In this document: positions 8,733 through 16,676 of the stretch, one piece after another
How the letters are laid out: the number at the start of each line of letters is the position of its first letter
Position numbering within the stretch: position 1 is the first letter of the stretch
Source of the DNA: an uncultured bacterium
Lineage (GTDB): Bacteria; Latescibacterota; UBA2968; UBA8231
Assembly: GCA_964012055.1 (NCBI GenBank)
Contig: CAXGRO010000002.1
Span: forward strand, 1-38,720
Reading direction: 5' to 3'
Length of the DNA stretch: 38,720 nucleotides
Notes under the pieces: model-generated
Told to the model about the DNA's origin: nothing
Database searches by the model: none
The model's input: the letters and a program-made list of their open reading frames with translations, nothing else
Position numbers and translations under genes: made by a program

Positions 8733-9635
8733 ATGTTTAAAAAGGGCCGAGTAGTACGTGTTTCGGGGATGCAATGTTTGGTGGATATTGATGGCCAAGA
8801 ATGGCAATGTGACGTGCGCGGTCGCCTCAAAGAGGGGCTGCGACAAACGACCTCTCCGGTAGTGGTGGGTGATTGGGTTGAGATAACTTCTACGGATTCC
8901 CACAATGGGGTAGTTGAGCGCGTGGGGCCGCGTAGTGCGAAACTTTCTCGTTCGGCCAGTGGTTCGCGCCCTTTTGAACAAATAATAGCCAGTAACCTGG
9001 ACCAACTGGTCATTGTTGTAGCATTGGCACAGCCTGCCCTGCGTCCTGGTTTTATAGATCGTGCAATTGTAATGGCACAAAAAGGGGGGATTAAACCTGT
9101 TCTTTGTATCAATAAGATCGATCTATATCCAATGGAAAAAGGGCATAGAATAGGCAACGTGTACCGCGCTTTAGGTTACAATGTGATTTATACAAGTGCC
9201 AGAACAGGTCATGCGATAGGCCAATTGGAGGGGCTGCTTAAAGGGCGGGTTTCTGCTTTGGTGGGACATTCGGGGGTTGGCAAATCATCACTGCTCAATG
9301 CGATCGATCCCGCTTTCTCTATTAAAACGCAAGAAATGATGAGCAGGCACGATCGGGGTCGACATACTACAACCAGCGTTCAACTTTATCGCTTAGGCGG
9401 CGATAGTTATGTTGCGGATTGTCCAGGTATAAAAACTTTACAGCTTTGGCAAGTTGACTCTACAAGTCTGGCCGAGTACTTCGTTGAGATGGCTCCATTA
9501 ATAGGTGAATGTCAATTCCGCAATTGCATGCATTTGCACGAACCTAGTTGCGCTATTCGCACTGAGGTCGAAATGGGCGGGATAGACGATTTGCGCTACC
9601 AGGGGTACAAACGCATAATGGAATCATTGGTATGA
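8733..9635 (+). CDS. rsgA: Ribosome small-subunit-dependent GTPase A
   Basis: 300 aa. N-terminal OB fold, circularly permuted GTPase (NKIDL before GHSGVGKSSLLN), C-terminal zinc knuckle CQFRNCMHLHEPSCA. Confidence 0.9.
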   Translation: MFKKGRVVRVSGMQCLVDIDGQEWQCDVRGRLKEGLRQTTSPVVVGDWVEITSTDSHNGVVERVGPRSAKLSRSASGSRPFEQIIASNLDQLVIVVALAQPALRPGFIDRAIVMAQKGGIKPVLCINKIDLYPMEKGHRIGNVYRALGYNVIYTSARTGHAIGQLEGLLKGRVSALVGHSGVGKSSLLNAIDPAFSIKTQEMMSRHDRGRHTTTSVQLYRLGGDSYVADCPGIKTLQLWQVDSTSLAEYFVEMAPLIGECQFRNCMHLHEPSCAIRTEVEMGGIDDLRYQGYKRIMESLV

Positions 9636-10585
9636 ACGAAATTTCTGTTGAGGAAATGTTGCATAAATTTGGTCGTCGTTTGGGGCTGGAACTAGTGGCT
9701 GGTGAAGAAGGATTAAGCCGGTTGGTACTACAGGCCGATACGCATAGACCGGGATTAGCCCTGGCGGGTTTTGTCGAGGTGTTTAATTACGATATGATAC
9801 AGGTATTGGGCAATCACGAAATAGAATACTTGCGAAGTTTGCCCAAACAGCGCAGGAGTGAATCGCTCCATATCATATACCAATTTAACATGCCATGTGT
9901 AATTGTTACAGGTAGAGGGAGGCTATTGCCCGAATTGCGCGACTTTGCCAATAGATGCGATATTCCGCTTCTTCGCTCCCAATTCGATACCACCCAATTT
10001 AGTCATTTGCTACATTTTTATTTGGATGGCGTTTTTGCTCCAAAGGTGACTTTGCATGGAACCTTATTGGACGTAAACGGTATAGGCTTGCTCTTTACGG
10101 GACGAAGTGGTATAGGAAAGAGCGAAGTCGGTTTAGACCTTGTAGAGCGGGGTCACCGTCTGGTTGCAGATGATACGGTTATCGTCACTCGCCAGACTCA
10201 AGGCATGTTGATCGGAAATAGCCCAGAAGTTTTGCAGGACCATATGGAAATTCGCGGCATTGGCATTGTAAATATTAAAAAAATGTTCGGGGTTCGTGGG
10301 GCGCGTCGGCAGAAGCGGGTAGAAGTGATGGTGAATTTAGTCGATTGGGACGAGAAATACGAATATGAACGAGTTGGGTTAGACGATAAAGTAAAAATTA
10401 TACTGGGCGTTGAAATACCTGAAATAACCGTACCGCTAGTGCCGGGTAAAAATATAACTGTCATCGCCGAAACAATTGCACTCAACCATCTTTTGCGTAT
10501 AGACGGCGACCATCCTGCCCGAGAATTTAATTCTCGCTTATTGTGCAATATTGGTCAAAAGCAAAACAAACCGGTGGGGTCTTAA
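9632..10585 (+). CDS. hprK: HPr kinase/phosphorylase
   Basis: 317 aa. Walker A GRSGIGKSEVGLDL, LVADD, and the EIRGIGIVNI signature. ATGA overlap with the rsgA stop. Confidence 0.9.
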   Translation: MNEISVEEMLHKFGRRLGLELVAGEEGLSRLVLQADTHRPGLALAGFVEVFNYDMIQVLGNHEIEYLRSLPKQRRSESLHIIYQFNMPCVIVTGRGRLLPELRDFANRCDIPLLRSQFDTTQFSHLLHFYLDGVFAPKVTLHGTLLDVNGIGLLFTGRSGIGKSEVGLDLVERGHRLVADDTVIVTRQTQGMLIGNSPEVLQDHMEIRGIGIVNIKKMFGVRGARRQKRVEVMVNLVDWDEKYEYERVGLDDKVKIILGVEIPEITVPLVPGKNITVIAETIALNHLLRIDGDHPAREFNSRLLCNIGQKQNKPVGS

Positions 10586-10677
10586 ATTAAACAGGCTTGA
10601 TGTATATTTCATCCATCAATGGCATATATATTGCTCTATATGACCTAAAGCTGTATTATGCCTGGAGGTGGAAATAA

Positions 10678-11679
10678 ATGCCCAAATTTCACTGGTTAGT
10701 CGTTTCCCTGTGCCTAATCCCCGTCCCGGGCACTGCTCAATCATCCACACTAAAAGCTTCAAAATACGATGTCGAGTCTCATTTGCGCCAAGAACTCAAA
10801 AAGCTGAGACGTTGGGGTATCGACAAACTACTGCGGACTGAGCGAGCGGTAGATATACAACAAAGGAAACGCGCTAATTATAGTACAAATCCAGAAGAAT
10901 TAACTCTGCTTGCTGATGACGAAGATGGTGAAGTAAGGTTTTATGTGGCGTCGAATAAACATACGCCCCTAGGTATTAAAATGCGTTTGGTTGGCGATCC
11001 GCTGCCTTTTGTGCGCAGTGGGGTAGCATTGGCCATAAAATGGGATCCTTTGGATTCGCCTAATGTTAAAAATATAACCGACATGATAATCCAGGAGTTG
11101 GCAAAAGATCCCCAACCTATTGTTCGCATGAGCCTTGCCGGCAATCTAAATTTGTCACCTTCAGCGTATGAAACCCTAGCCCAAGATCCAGATTATATAA
11201 TACGTCAGAAAGTTGCAAAAAACACACATTTGCCAAAGAGTGCTTTAAATATCTTAGTCCAAGATACTGTGGAAGTGGTGCAAGTACAGGCTCTTAAGCA
11301 TAGAAATATTGATATATCCTGGCTGAGAAATATGAGTGGAGACCAATCGCCGATTGTGCGATTGGCGATTGGTCAAAATACCAATACTCCTGCAACAATT
11401 TTAGGTCAATTAGGACTGGACAGCGAACCTAGTATTAGGTTAGCTGTAGCTCAACATAAAAATACAGCACAACAAACTTTGGAACTTTTAGCTGAAGACG
11501 ATGATATAACCGTTTTAATGGCCGTAACTGACCATGTCAAGACCGATCGGACTATGCTAATGAATCTAGCCTTCAATTCTTCCGATGCCGATGTTCGTAT
11601 GCTGGCTAAGAAGCGTTTGGAGCCCTTCCTTAGAGAAGAGATACAGGACGATATCTTGGAGCGCTGGAAGGCAGAGTGA
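10678..11679 (+). CDS. Secreted leucine-rich-variant (LRV)/HEAT-like repeat protein
   Basis: Signal peptide (LVVSLCLIPVPGTAQS). About 9 tandem 24-26-aa repeats of the form D-x-x-x-x-(V/I)R-x-x-(V/L)A-x-N-x-x-(T/L)P, for example DQSPIVRLAIGQNTNTP and DSEPSIRLAVAQHKNTA. GGAGGTGG Shine-Dalgarno. Confidence 0.7.
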   Translation: MPKFHWLVVSLCLIPVPGTAQSSTLKASKYDVESHLRQELKKLRRWGIDKLLRTERAVDIQQRKRANYSTNPEELTLLADDEDGEVRFYVASNKHTPLGIKMRLVGDPLPFVRSGVALAIKWDPLDSPNVKNITDMIIQELAKDPQPIVRMSLAGNLNLSPSAYETLAQDPDYIIRQKVAKNTHLPKSALNILVQDTVEVVQVQALKHRNIDISWLRNMSGDQSPIVRLAIGQNTNTPATILGQLGLDSEPSIRLAVAQHKNTAQQTLELLAEDDDITVLMAVTDHVKTDRTMLMNLAFNSSDADVRMLAKKRLEPFLREEIQDDILERWKAE

Positions 11680-11701
11680 TAAAATTGTAAATACTCATTA
11701 T

Positions 11702-11738
11702 AAAAAGGCTCTTTGGCATAGAACCAAAGGGCCTTTTT
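11702..11738. terminator. Bidirectional rho-independent terminator between convergent genes
   Basis: GGCTCTTTGG (11707-11716) pairs with CCAAAGGGCC (11724-11733), one non-Watson-Crick pair, 7-nt loop. Flanked by A5 and T5. Confidence 0.6.
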
Positions 11739-12003
11739 AACGTGATTCTGTTTGTTTTTGTAACATTCTTTCTAAATTTACAACTACGTTGCGCATAGCG
11801 GTCAGCTTTGTACGCAACATTTCAGTTTCAGTCTTGAGGTTGTCTTCTTTTTCTGATACCTGATCTAATACACGTCTTAGATCTGATGCTGATTGGTAAT
11901 CTTTTTCTCTGCGCTCTCGCAATTTGCGCAAACGCAGGGCAGTAAGATATTTTGTAATAGCTACGACAATAAAGGCTAAAAATGCCCAAATTAAACCGTT
12001 CAT
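11737..12003 (-). CDS. Hypothetical single-pass membrane protein with coiled-coil tail
   Basis: 88 aa. N-terminal TM helix (LIWAFLAFIVVAITKYL), then charged heptad-like sequence. No family recognised. Confidence 0.45.
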   Translation of the reverse strand: MNGLIWAFLAFIVVAITKYLTALRLRKLRERREKDYQSASDLRRVLDQVSEKEDNLKTETEMLRTKLTAMRNVVVNLERMLQKQTESR

Positions 12004-12177
12004 ATATATGGGATAGACATATAGGGGGTTAGTTTAATTGACTATAAAAAAAATATAAAAAAAGCCACAATAAGGGAAGGTAGCGCAATATACGTTTAAA
12101 TTTGCCCTGAATTTTTGTCCAGTGTATTTTATGAATTAAACAGTGATACTCTTTAGACCCAATACCCCCTATAACGC

Positions 12178-13050
12178 ATGAGTAAAATTGGATTGGTTCT
12201 TATTGGAGAAGAGAATATATTCCAACATATAAAGGCTATTTCCACAGTTCCAGAGTATTTTTTCAGAGAGGAGCTCGTGGGCAATAGAGGGGACGATACT
12301 AACGCTTTGCGGGATTCGACATCAGAAGCGGCAGTTATTTTAACTGGTTTAGTTGAAAAGGATTATTGGATCAGTGAGGCATTAAAAAACAAAAAGCATG
12401 TAATAACATATCCGCCTATTTGTAAAAGTTATAAAAATGCTAAAGATATATTTTATTTAACTCAAAAATACAATAGACATTTATTTTTCTTTTACTCACA
12501 GGGTTGGTATAAACTTAAAAATATAATTCGTTCTTTGATATCAAAAGATCATAGGTTGGGAGTTGTGCTGGCAATAGATCTAAAGCTTGAGGTGTCTCAA
12601 AAACAAATAAAATTTGATGATTTGGGGATTGTTGAAAGTTATTGTTATGAATGTTTAAACTTATTGAACACTTATGAGAATCCCATAGATGTCGTTTGGG
12701 CCAGGACTAGGGCACTTGCTTTAAATCGGCCATTTGAAGATTGGGCATGGATGCAATTGCGTTTTAAAAATGGTATAGAGGCTACCGTTCATATAAACGG
12801 GCTATCTGAAAAAGCATATTGGTCTGTCGATATATTTGGCACGGCAGGCCATGTAAGATATTCTAATGATCGCGATCTATTCAATTCCAATGGGTTGGTC
12901 GGCCAATATAAACATTGGGCTAATGCTGTAGTGATGAGAAGCGGTGGAGAAGAAGAGGAGTATCTTTCAAATTGGCGTATTATAGAATGGATTCAGCAGG
13001 CAGCCCGTATGGATATGCCAATCATTAGTAAAGAGGTGAGAATTGGATGA
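12178..13050 (+). CDS. Gfo/Idh/MocA-like protein with degenerate cofactor and catalytic motifs (possible pseudoenzyme)
   Basis: 290 aa, collinear with the oxidoreductase family: KIGLVLIG..., ALKNKKHVITYPP, C-terminal ATVHINGLSE...VDIFGTAGHV. GxGxxG is replaced by LIGEEN and EKP by YPP. Confidence 0.5.
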   Translation: MSKIGLVLIGEENIFQHIKAISTVPEYFFREELVGNRGDDTNALRDSTSEAAVILTGLVEKDYWISEALKNKKHVITYPPICKSYKNAKDIFYLTQKYNRHLFFFYSQGWYKLKNIIRSLISKDHRLGVVLAIDLKLEVSQKQIKFDDLGIVESYCYECLNLLNTYENPIDVVWARTRALALNRPFEDWAWMQLRFKNGIEATVHINGLSEKAYWSVDIFGTAGHVRYSNDRDLFNSNGLVGQYKHWANAVVMRSGGEEEEYLSNWRIIEWIQQAARMDMPIISKEVRIG

Positions 13051-13594
13051 TCAATTAAGCGAAAGATCGCCCATCGTATTTTCCGTTTGTTTGGCTGTTG
13101 GATTACTACTGATAGTTGTGCTACTCAATTTATTAGGTCGTGAAGAAGTCCCGATAAAAGAAGACCAGTTTTATCAATTGCTTGATGATGGAATGATTGT
13201 GAGTATTGAAATCGTGCCATCTGGTCTAATTGCTCATTTAAATAGGAGAGTTAGAATTAACGAAGATGGGCAAGAGAATTATGCAAAAATTATATGGTTG
13301 CTAAGAGAAATAGATGTTTCTTCTGGAGAGAGGGCTGACTGGGAGCAAGCCGGTATTGCTGTAAGTTATCGCGATGAGGAAGGATATGGCTGGCGGTCCG
13401 TTGGGGGATGGTTACTCATATTTTTGTTTTTAAGTGTTGGCGGGTGGTATATCTGGAAGCAGATACAAGAAGATCGTTCAGGTAGGGGAAGCCCTAGAAG
13501 GAGATTGCAAAAGTTGGAACAAGATTTTGAAGAGGGGAAAATAGGGGCGGAAGAATATCAAAAGAATAAAGAAGCAATATGGGCTGAAATGTAA
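13043..13594 (+). CDS. Two-TM membrane protein with FtsH-N-terminal-like periplasmic loop and C-terminal SHOCT-like motif
   Basis: 183 aa, TTG start with GAGGTG Shine-Dalgarno, 8-nt overlap with the upstream gene. TM1 is IVFSVCLAVGLLLIVVLLNLL and TM2 is GWLLIFLFLSVGGWYIW. C-terminal LQKLEQDFEEGKIGAEEYQKNKEAI resembles SHOCT. Confidence 0.5.
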   Translation: MDDQLSERSPIVFSVCLAVGLLLIVVLLNLLGREEVPIKEDQFYQLLDDGMIVSIEIVPSGLIAHLNRRVRINEDGQENYAKIIWLLREIDVSSGERADWEQAGIAVSYRDEEGYGWRSVGGWLLIFLFLSVGGWYIWKQIQEDRSGRGSPRRRLQKLEQDFEEGKIGAEEYQKNKEAIWAEM

Positions 13595-13603
13595 TAGCTA
13601 AAT

Positions 13604-15391
13604 ATGGGTAAGATCAAGCTTTTAAGCGAAAATATAGTTCATAAAATAGCCGCTGGTGAAGTTATAGAGCGGCCAGCCTCTGTAGTAAAGGAATTGGTTG
13701 AAAATTCAATCGATGCCGATTCCAAATCCATTCGCATAGAAGCCACCGGCGGAGGAAAAAAAAGCATCATAGTTGCAGACGACGGAATTGGAATGAGTGC
13801 AGAGGATTTAAGATTGTGCGTCATGCGTCATGCAACTAGTAAAATGTCTTCACCTTCTGACTTATTTGCCATCTCTTCTTTGGGATTTAGAGGTGAAGCC
13901 ATGGCAAGTATTGGGGCTGTATCGAGTATGAGTATAGAAACTCGTTCTCGTGAAGAAAACGAGGGGGCTCGATTGTATCTCGAGGGGGGGATATTAGGCG
14001 ATATCCTGACATTTGGAAGGGGGGTTGGGACCACGGTTAAAGTGCGTAATTTGTTCTTTAATACTCCTGCTCGTCGTAAATTTCTACGTCACATCGATAC
14101 TGAAACAAGGCATATTACACAAAATATTTCCAACTTAGCATCAGCCTATCCCTCAATATCATTTGAATTTATACACCAAGATAGACAAGTTTTAAATTTT
14201 AAGGTTGCAAATAGGAGAGAGCGTGCCCGGGATTTACTCAACGTTATTGACCCATTGTATATAGAATTTGAGGAATCGGGAATACGAGTAGAAGGCGTAA
14301 TAACTTCGCCTGAAGAATGCGGAAAGTCAAAGGGTAAACAGTATTTAATTGTTCGGGGAAGGCCGATTGTCTCAACTGCAATAAGCAAAGCTATATATCG
14401 AGGTTACGGGGGGGGGTTGCCTCAGGGAATGCATCCTAGTTATATCGTTTGGTTGGATATTGATCCAAGTATGATTGATGTTAATGTGCATCCCACGAAA
14501 AAAGAAATACGATTTGCAAATGAAATTATAATCGTTCAAACTGTCGATAAGGCAATACAACGTTCATTAGATATTCCTGAAACCATGGGATTTTCTTATA
14601 GGCAGGAAGCAATAATACCACCAAATATTCCCAAAATTAGTGAGGAGTTTTCAGATTTCACGTTGGCAAAAAAGCCTGATACGGCCAAGAACGTAGAGGA
14701 ATTTTCTAATGTAAGTGAGAATGAAATTGACGTTGAACAGGGGGTATTGTCGCTAACTGTATCTTCAGATAGTATTAGTAGTAATTATAGTCAATCAGAT
14801 AGTGTATCTCGCGATATGCTATCTCAACCTGAATTTTATAAACAAATAGCTGATAAATATATCTTAATTAATTATGAGGATGCTATAGGTATTATTGATC
14901 AACAGGTAGCCCATGAGCGCATCAGGTACGAAGAGGCTATGGCGCATTTAAAAGGAACAAATATTGACGTGCAGCAATTGTTAATACCTGTTACTATTGA
15001 ATTAAATAGTTTAGAAATGGAGTTGGTTAGAGAAAATATAAGGCTATTTGAGAGATTAGGATTTGGAGTTAGAGAATTTGGTCTTGGATCGATTGTAGTT
15101 GATGCGATCCCTGTAGCCTTGGAGCATTGGGATGGCGGTCAGGTATTTTATGATATCATAAATGAACTTTTGGATGATAACGAGATGGGGGTAGTGTCAA
15201 TTGAAGAACGGTTGGCAAATACATATGCTAAACGGACAGCTATTCGAAGTGGTCAGAAACTTAACTTTGACCAAATGAAAGGAATTGTGCAGGATTTGTT
15301 TTCTTCTAATGAATCATATGTAGGACCAGATGGTAAATTGGCGGTGATCAAGATCTCGGTTAATGAATTAAATAGAATGTTTGCTTCTTAG
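13604..15391 (+). CDS. mutL: DNA mismatch repair protein MutL
   Basis: 595 aa. GHKL ATPase N-terminus (IAAGEVIERPASVVKELVENSIDA, DDGIGM, GFRGEA, NLFFNTPARRKFL). The C-terminal dimerisation domain is present but has atypical endonuclease motifs (see findings). Confidence 0.9.
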   Translation: MGKIKLLSENIVHKIAAGEVIERPASVVKELVENSIDADSKSIRIEATGGGKKSIIVADDGIGMSAEDLRLCVMRHATSKMSSPSDLFAISSLGFRGEAMASIGAVSSMSIETRSREENEGARLYLEGGILGDILTFGRGVGTTVKVRNLFFNTPARRKFLRHIDTETRHITQNISNLASAYPSISFEFIHQDRQVLNFKVANRRERARDLLNVIDPLYIEFEESGIRVEGVITSPEECGKSKGKQYLIVRGRPIVSTAISKAIYRGYGGGLPQGMHPSYIVWLDIDPSMIDVNVHPTKKEIRFANEIIIVQTVDKAIQRSLDIPETMGFSYRQEAIIPPNIPKISEEFSDFTLAKKPDTAKNVEEFSNVSENEIDVEQGVLSLTVSSDSISSNYSQSDSVSRDMLSQPEFYKQIADKYILINYEDAIGIIDQQVAHERIRYEEAMAHLKGTNIDVQQLLIPVTIELNSLEMELVRENIRLFERLGFGVREFGLGSIVVDAIPVALEHWDGGQVFYDIINELLDDNEMGVVSIEERLANTYAKRTAIRSGQKLNFDQMKGIVQDLFSSNESYVGPDGKLAVIKISVNELNRMFAS

Positions 15392-15394
15392 AAA

Positions 15395-15431
15395 AAAGCA
15401 CATAAAATATCATATGTAAATCATAAAAATC
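15395..15431 (+). repeat. Left dif/lox-like recombinase core site: AAAGCACATAA-AATATC-ATATGTAAATC, plus ATAAAAATC extension
   Basis: 28-bp core at 15395-15422, starting 3 nt after the mutL stop. It is an inverted copy of the site at 16603-16636. Its two arms are an imperfect palindrome of each other (CATAA / ATATG). Confidence 0.55.
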
Positions 15432-15452
15432 TTTATACAATTCTACTATATC

Positions 15453-15517
15453 GGTTTAAGTGCCACATTTTAAACTACTGATAATACCCCTTATAGATAG
15501 TATCATTGGTTTAAGTG
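15453..15517 (+). repeat. Two direct copies of GGTTTAAGTG (15453-15462, 15508-15517) upstream of the recombinase gene
   Basis: Exact 10-mers 55 bp apart, each preceded by TATC and followed within 5 nt by TTTTAA. Possible accessory (arm-type) or operator sites. Confidence 0.3.
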
Positions 15518-15643
15518 TTTTAATAACAGATATTTAAAATTTGAGAGGGTTGGCTATCTTTTTAATTTTAGTGAGTGACAATAATTAAATTCATAACTAT
15601 ATTAGAATCCTCCCAGCTTTCCCTTTTTAATTCTATAGCCCTC

Positions 15644-16594
15644 ATGAATAACCTTGTAGTAAGTAATCAGAACGATCTTCATGTTTTGACTGAAGATCCC
15701 CTGGAACAGTTTTTGGCCGGTCAACTTAGTAAAAGTACGCGTCGGGCCTATCAGGCAGATCTAATATATTTTTTCCATTTTATCGGGTTAAATAATCCAA
15801 CGAAGGACGATCTATATGCTATAACATTTCATCATGTTATAGCATACCGTAATCAACTGGCAGCAGATGGTTACAAGCGTTCTACTATTAATCGCAAATT
15901 ATCCAGCATAAAAGCATTTTTTAAACTGTTTGTAGCCGCGGGCCAATTAGAGCACAATCCGGCCGATTCAACTTTGGTGCGCGGATATAAATTGGATTCC
16001 ATCCTTAGCGGTAAAGCCATTGCATCTGAGCCGCTGAAAAAGATGTTGAATTCTATCTGTGAAGAGGAAAATGACTTAATTAGAAGTCGTGATATGGCAC
16101 TGTTTCACATATTGGCCTATGCTGGATTGCGTCGCTCCGAAGCGGTCAATATGCAATGGAAAGATATCCGTCAAGATGGAGTGTTCTATATTCTCAATCT
16201 CCCCAATACGAAATCGGGTGTCCCCCAGGATGTAAAATTGCAATCCGTAGTCATGCACCATCTCAATCTTTATCGCGACACGCTAAAGACTAATGGATAT
16301 TCTTTAGCCGATAAGATCTTTATCAGCCTCTCGCGAAATGCGTCGCATGGCCAGCCAATGACAAGTCAATCGGTTAACTTAATTGTAAAAAAATATGCAC
16401 GCAGAGCCGGAGTGCCACAAAATATAACAGCTCATATGTTTCGCCATACTTGCTGTACCCTTGCCATTGAAGGCGGCGCTAAACCACAGCAGGTGCAAGC
16501 CCACTTACGCCACAAAGACTTAAAAACAACCATGAGATATTATGAAAATCGCGAAAAAATAACAGATAATGCTTCTGATTATATAAACTTGTAG
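15644..16594 (+). CDS. Tyrosine recombinase (Xer-like / phage-integrase family)
   Basis: N-terminal SAM-like core-binding domain (LSKSTRRAYQADLIYFFHF). Catalytic R (GLRRSEA), H-x-x-R (HMFRHTCCT), and LRHKDLKTTMRYY with the nucleophile Y. The start is placed at the first ATG (MNNLVV); the track's GTG at 15575 is an alternative. Confidence 0.85.
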   Translation: MNNLVVSNQNDLHVLTEDPLEQFLAGQLSKSTRRAYQADLIYFFHFIGLNNPTKDDLYAITFHHVIAYRNQLAADGYKRSTINRKLSSIKAFFKLFVAAGQLEHNPADSTLVRGYKLDSILSGKAIASEPLKKMLNSICEEENDLIRSRDMALFHILAYAGLRRSEAVNMQWKDIRQDGVFYILNLPNTKSGVPQDVKLQSVVMHHLNLYRDTLKTNGYSLADKIFISLSRNASHGQPMTSQSVNLIVKKYARRAGVPQNITAHMFRHTCCTLAIEGGAKPQQVQAHLRHKDLKTTMRYYENREKITDNASDYINL

Positions 16595-16602
16595 TATTTT
16601 TT

Positions 16603-16636
16603 GATTTTTATTTACATATTAATGTTTATGTGCTAT
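16603..16636 (-). repeat. Right dif/lox-like core site (read on - strand): ATAGCACATAA-ACATTA-ATATGTAAATA, plus AAAATC extension
   Basis: 28-bp core at 16609-16636. Each arm matches the left site at 10/11 positions, but the central 6 bp match at only 2/6. It lies between the recombinase stop (16594) and the leuS stop (16677). Confidence 0.55.
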
Positions 16637-16676
16637 TCTTCACGTGAAATTTAGGTGTTCTAAAACATGGGTTTTT

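Larger units (their letters stand above)
15391..16641 (+). mobile_element. Candidate self-contained recombination module (recombinase plus two inverted core sites); mobility unproven
   Basis: By hand alignment, the flanks 15391-15431 and 16603-16641 match as inverted repeats at 33 of 39 aligned positions with one 3-nt indel. A single gene lies between them. Confidence 0.3.

Noticed and set aside
12020-12173. 10-bp inverted repeat TATAGGGGGT / ACCCCCTATA bracketing the 12004-12177 intergenic region
   Set aside because: It is a single 10-mer pair about 140 bp apart. Matches of this size are expected by chance a few times in a 38-kb window, and nothing else supports it.
15575-15643. GTG-initiated 23-codon extension of the recombinase
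   Set aside because: There is no ribosome-binding site, and the extension is hydrophobic, AT-rich sequence with no counterpart in integrase N-termini. The first ATG (15644) is preferred. This remains uncertain.
15391-16641. Simple on/off inverton interpretation of the recombinase cassette
   Set aside because: Not fully rejected, but weakened. The 6-bp central regions of the two sites share only 2/6 positions in either orientation, and tyrosine recombinases normally need overlap-region identity for strand exchange. Both flanking genes also end, rather than start, at the cassette.
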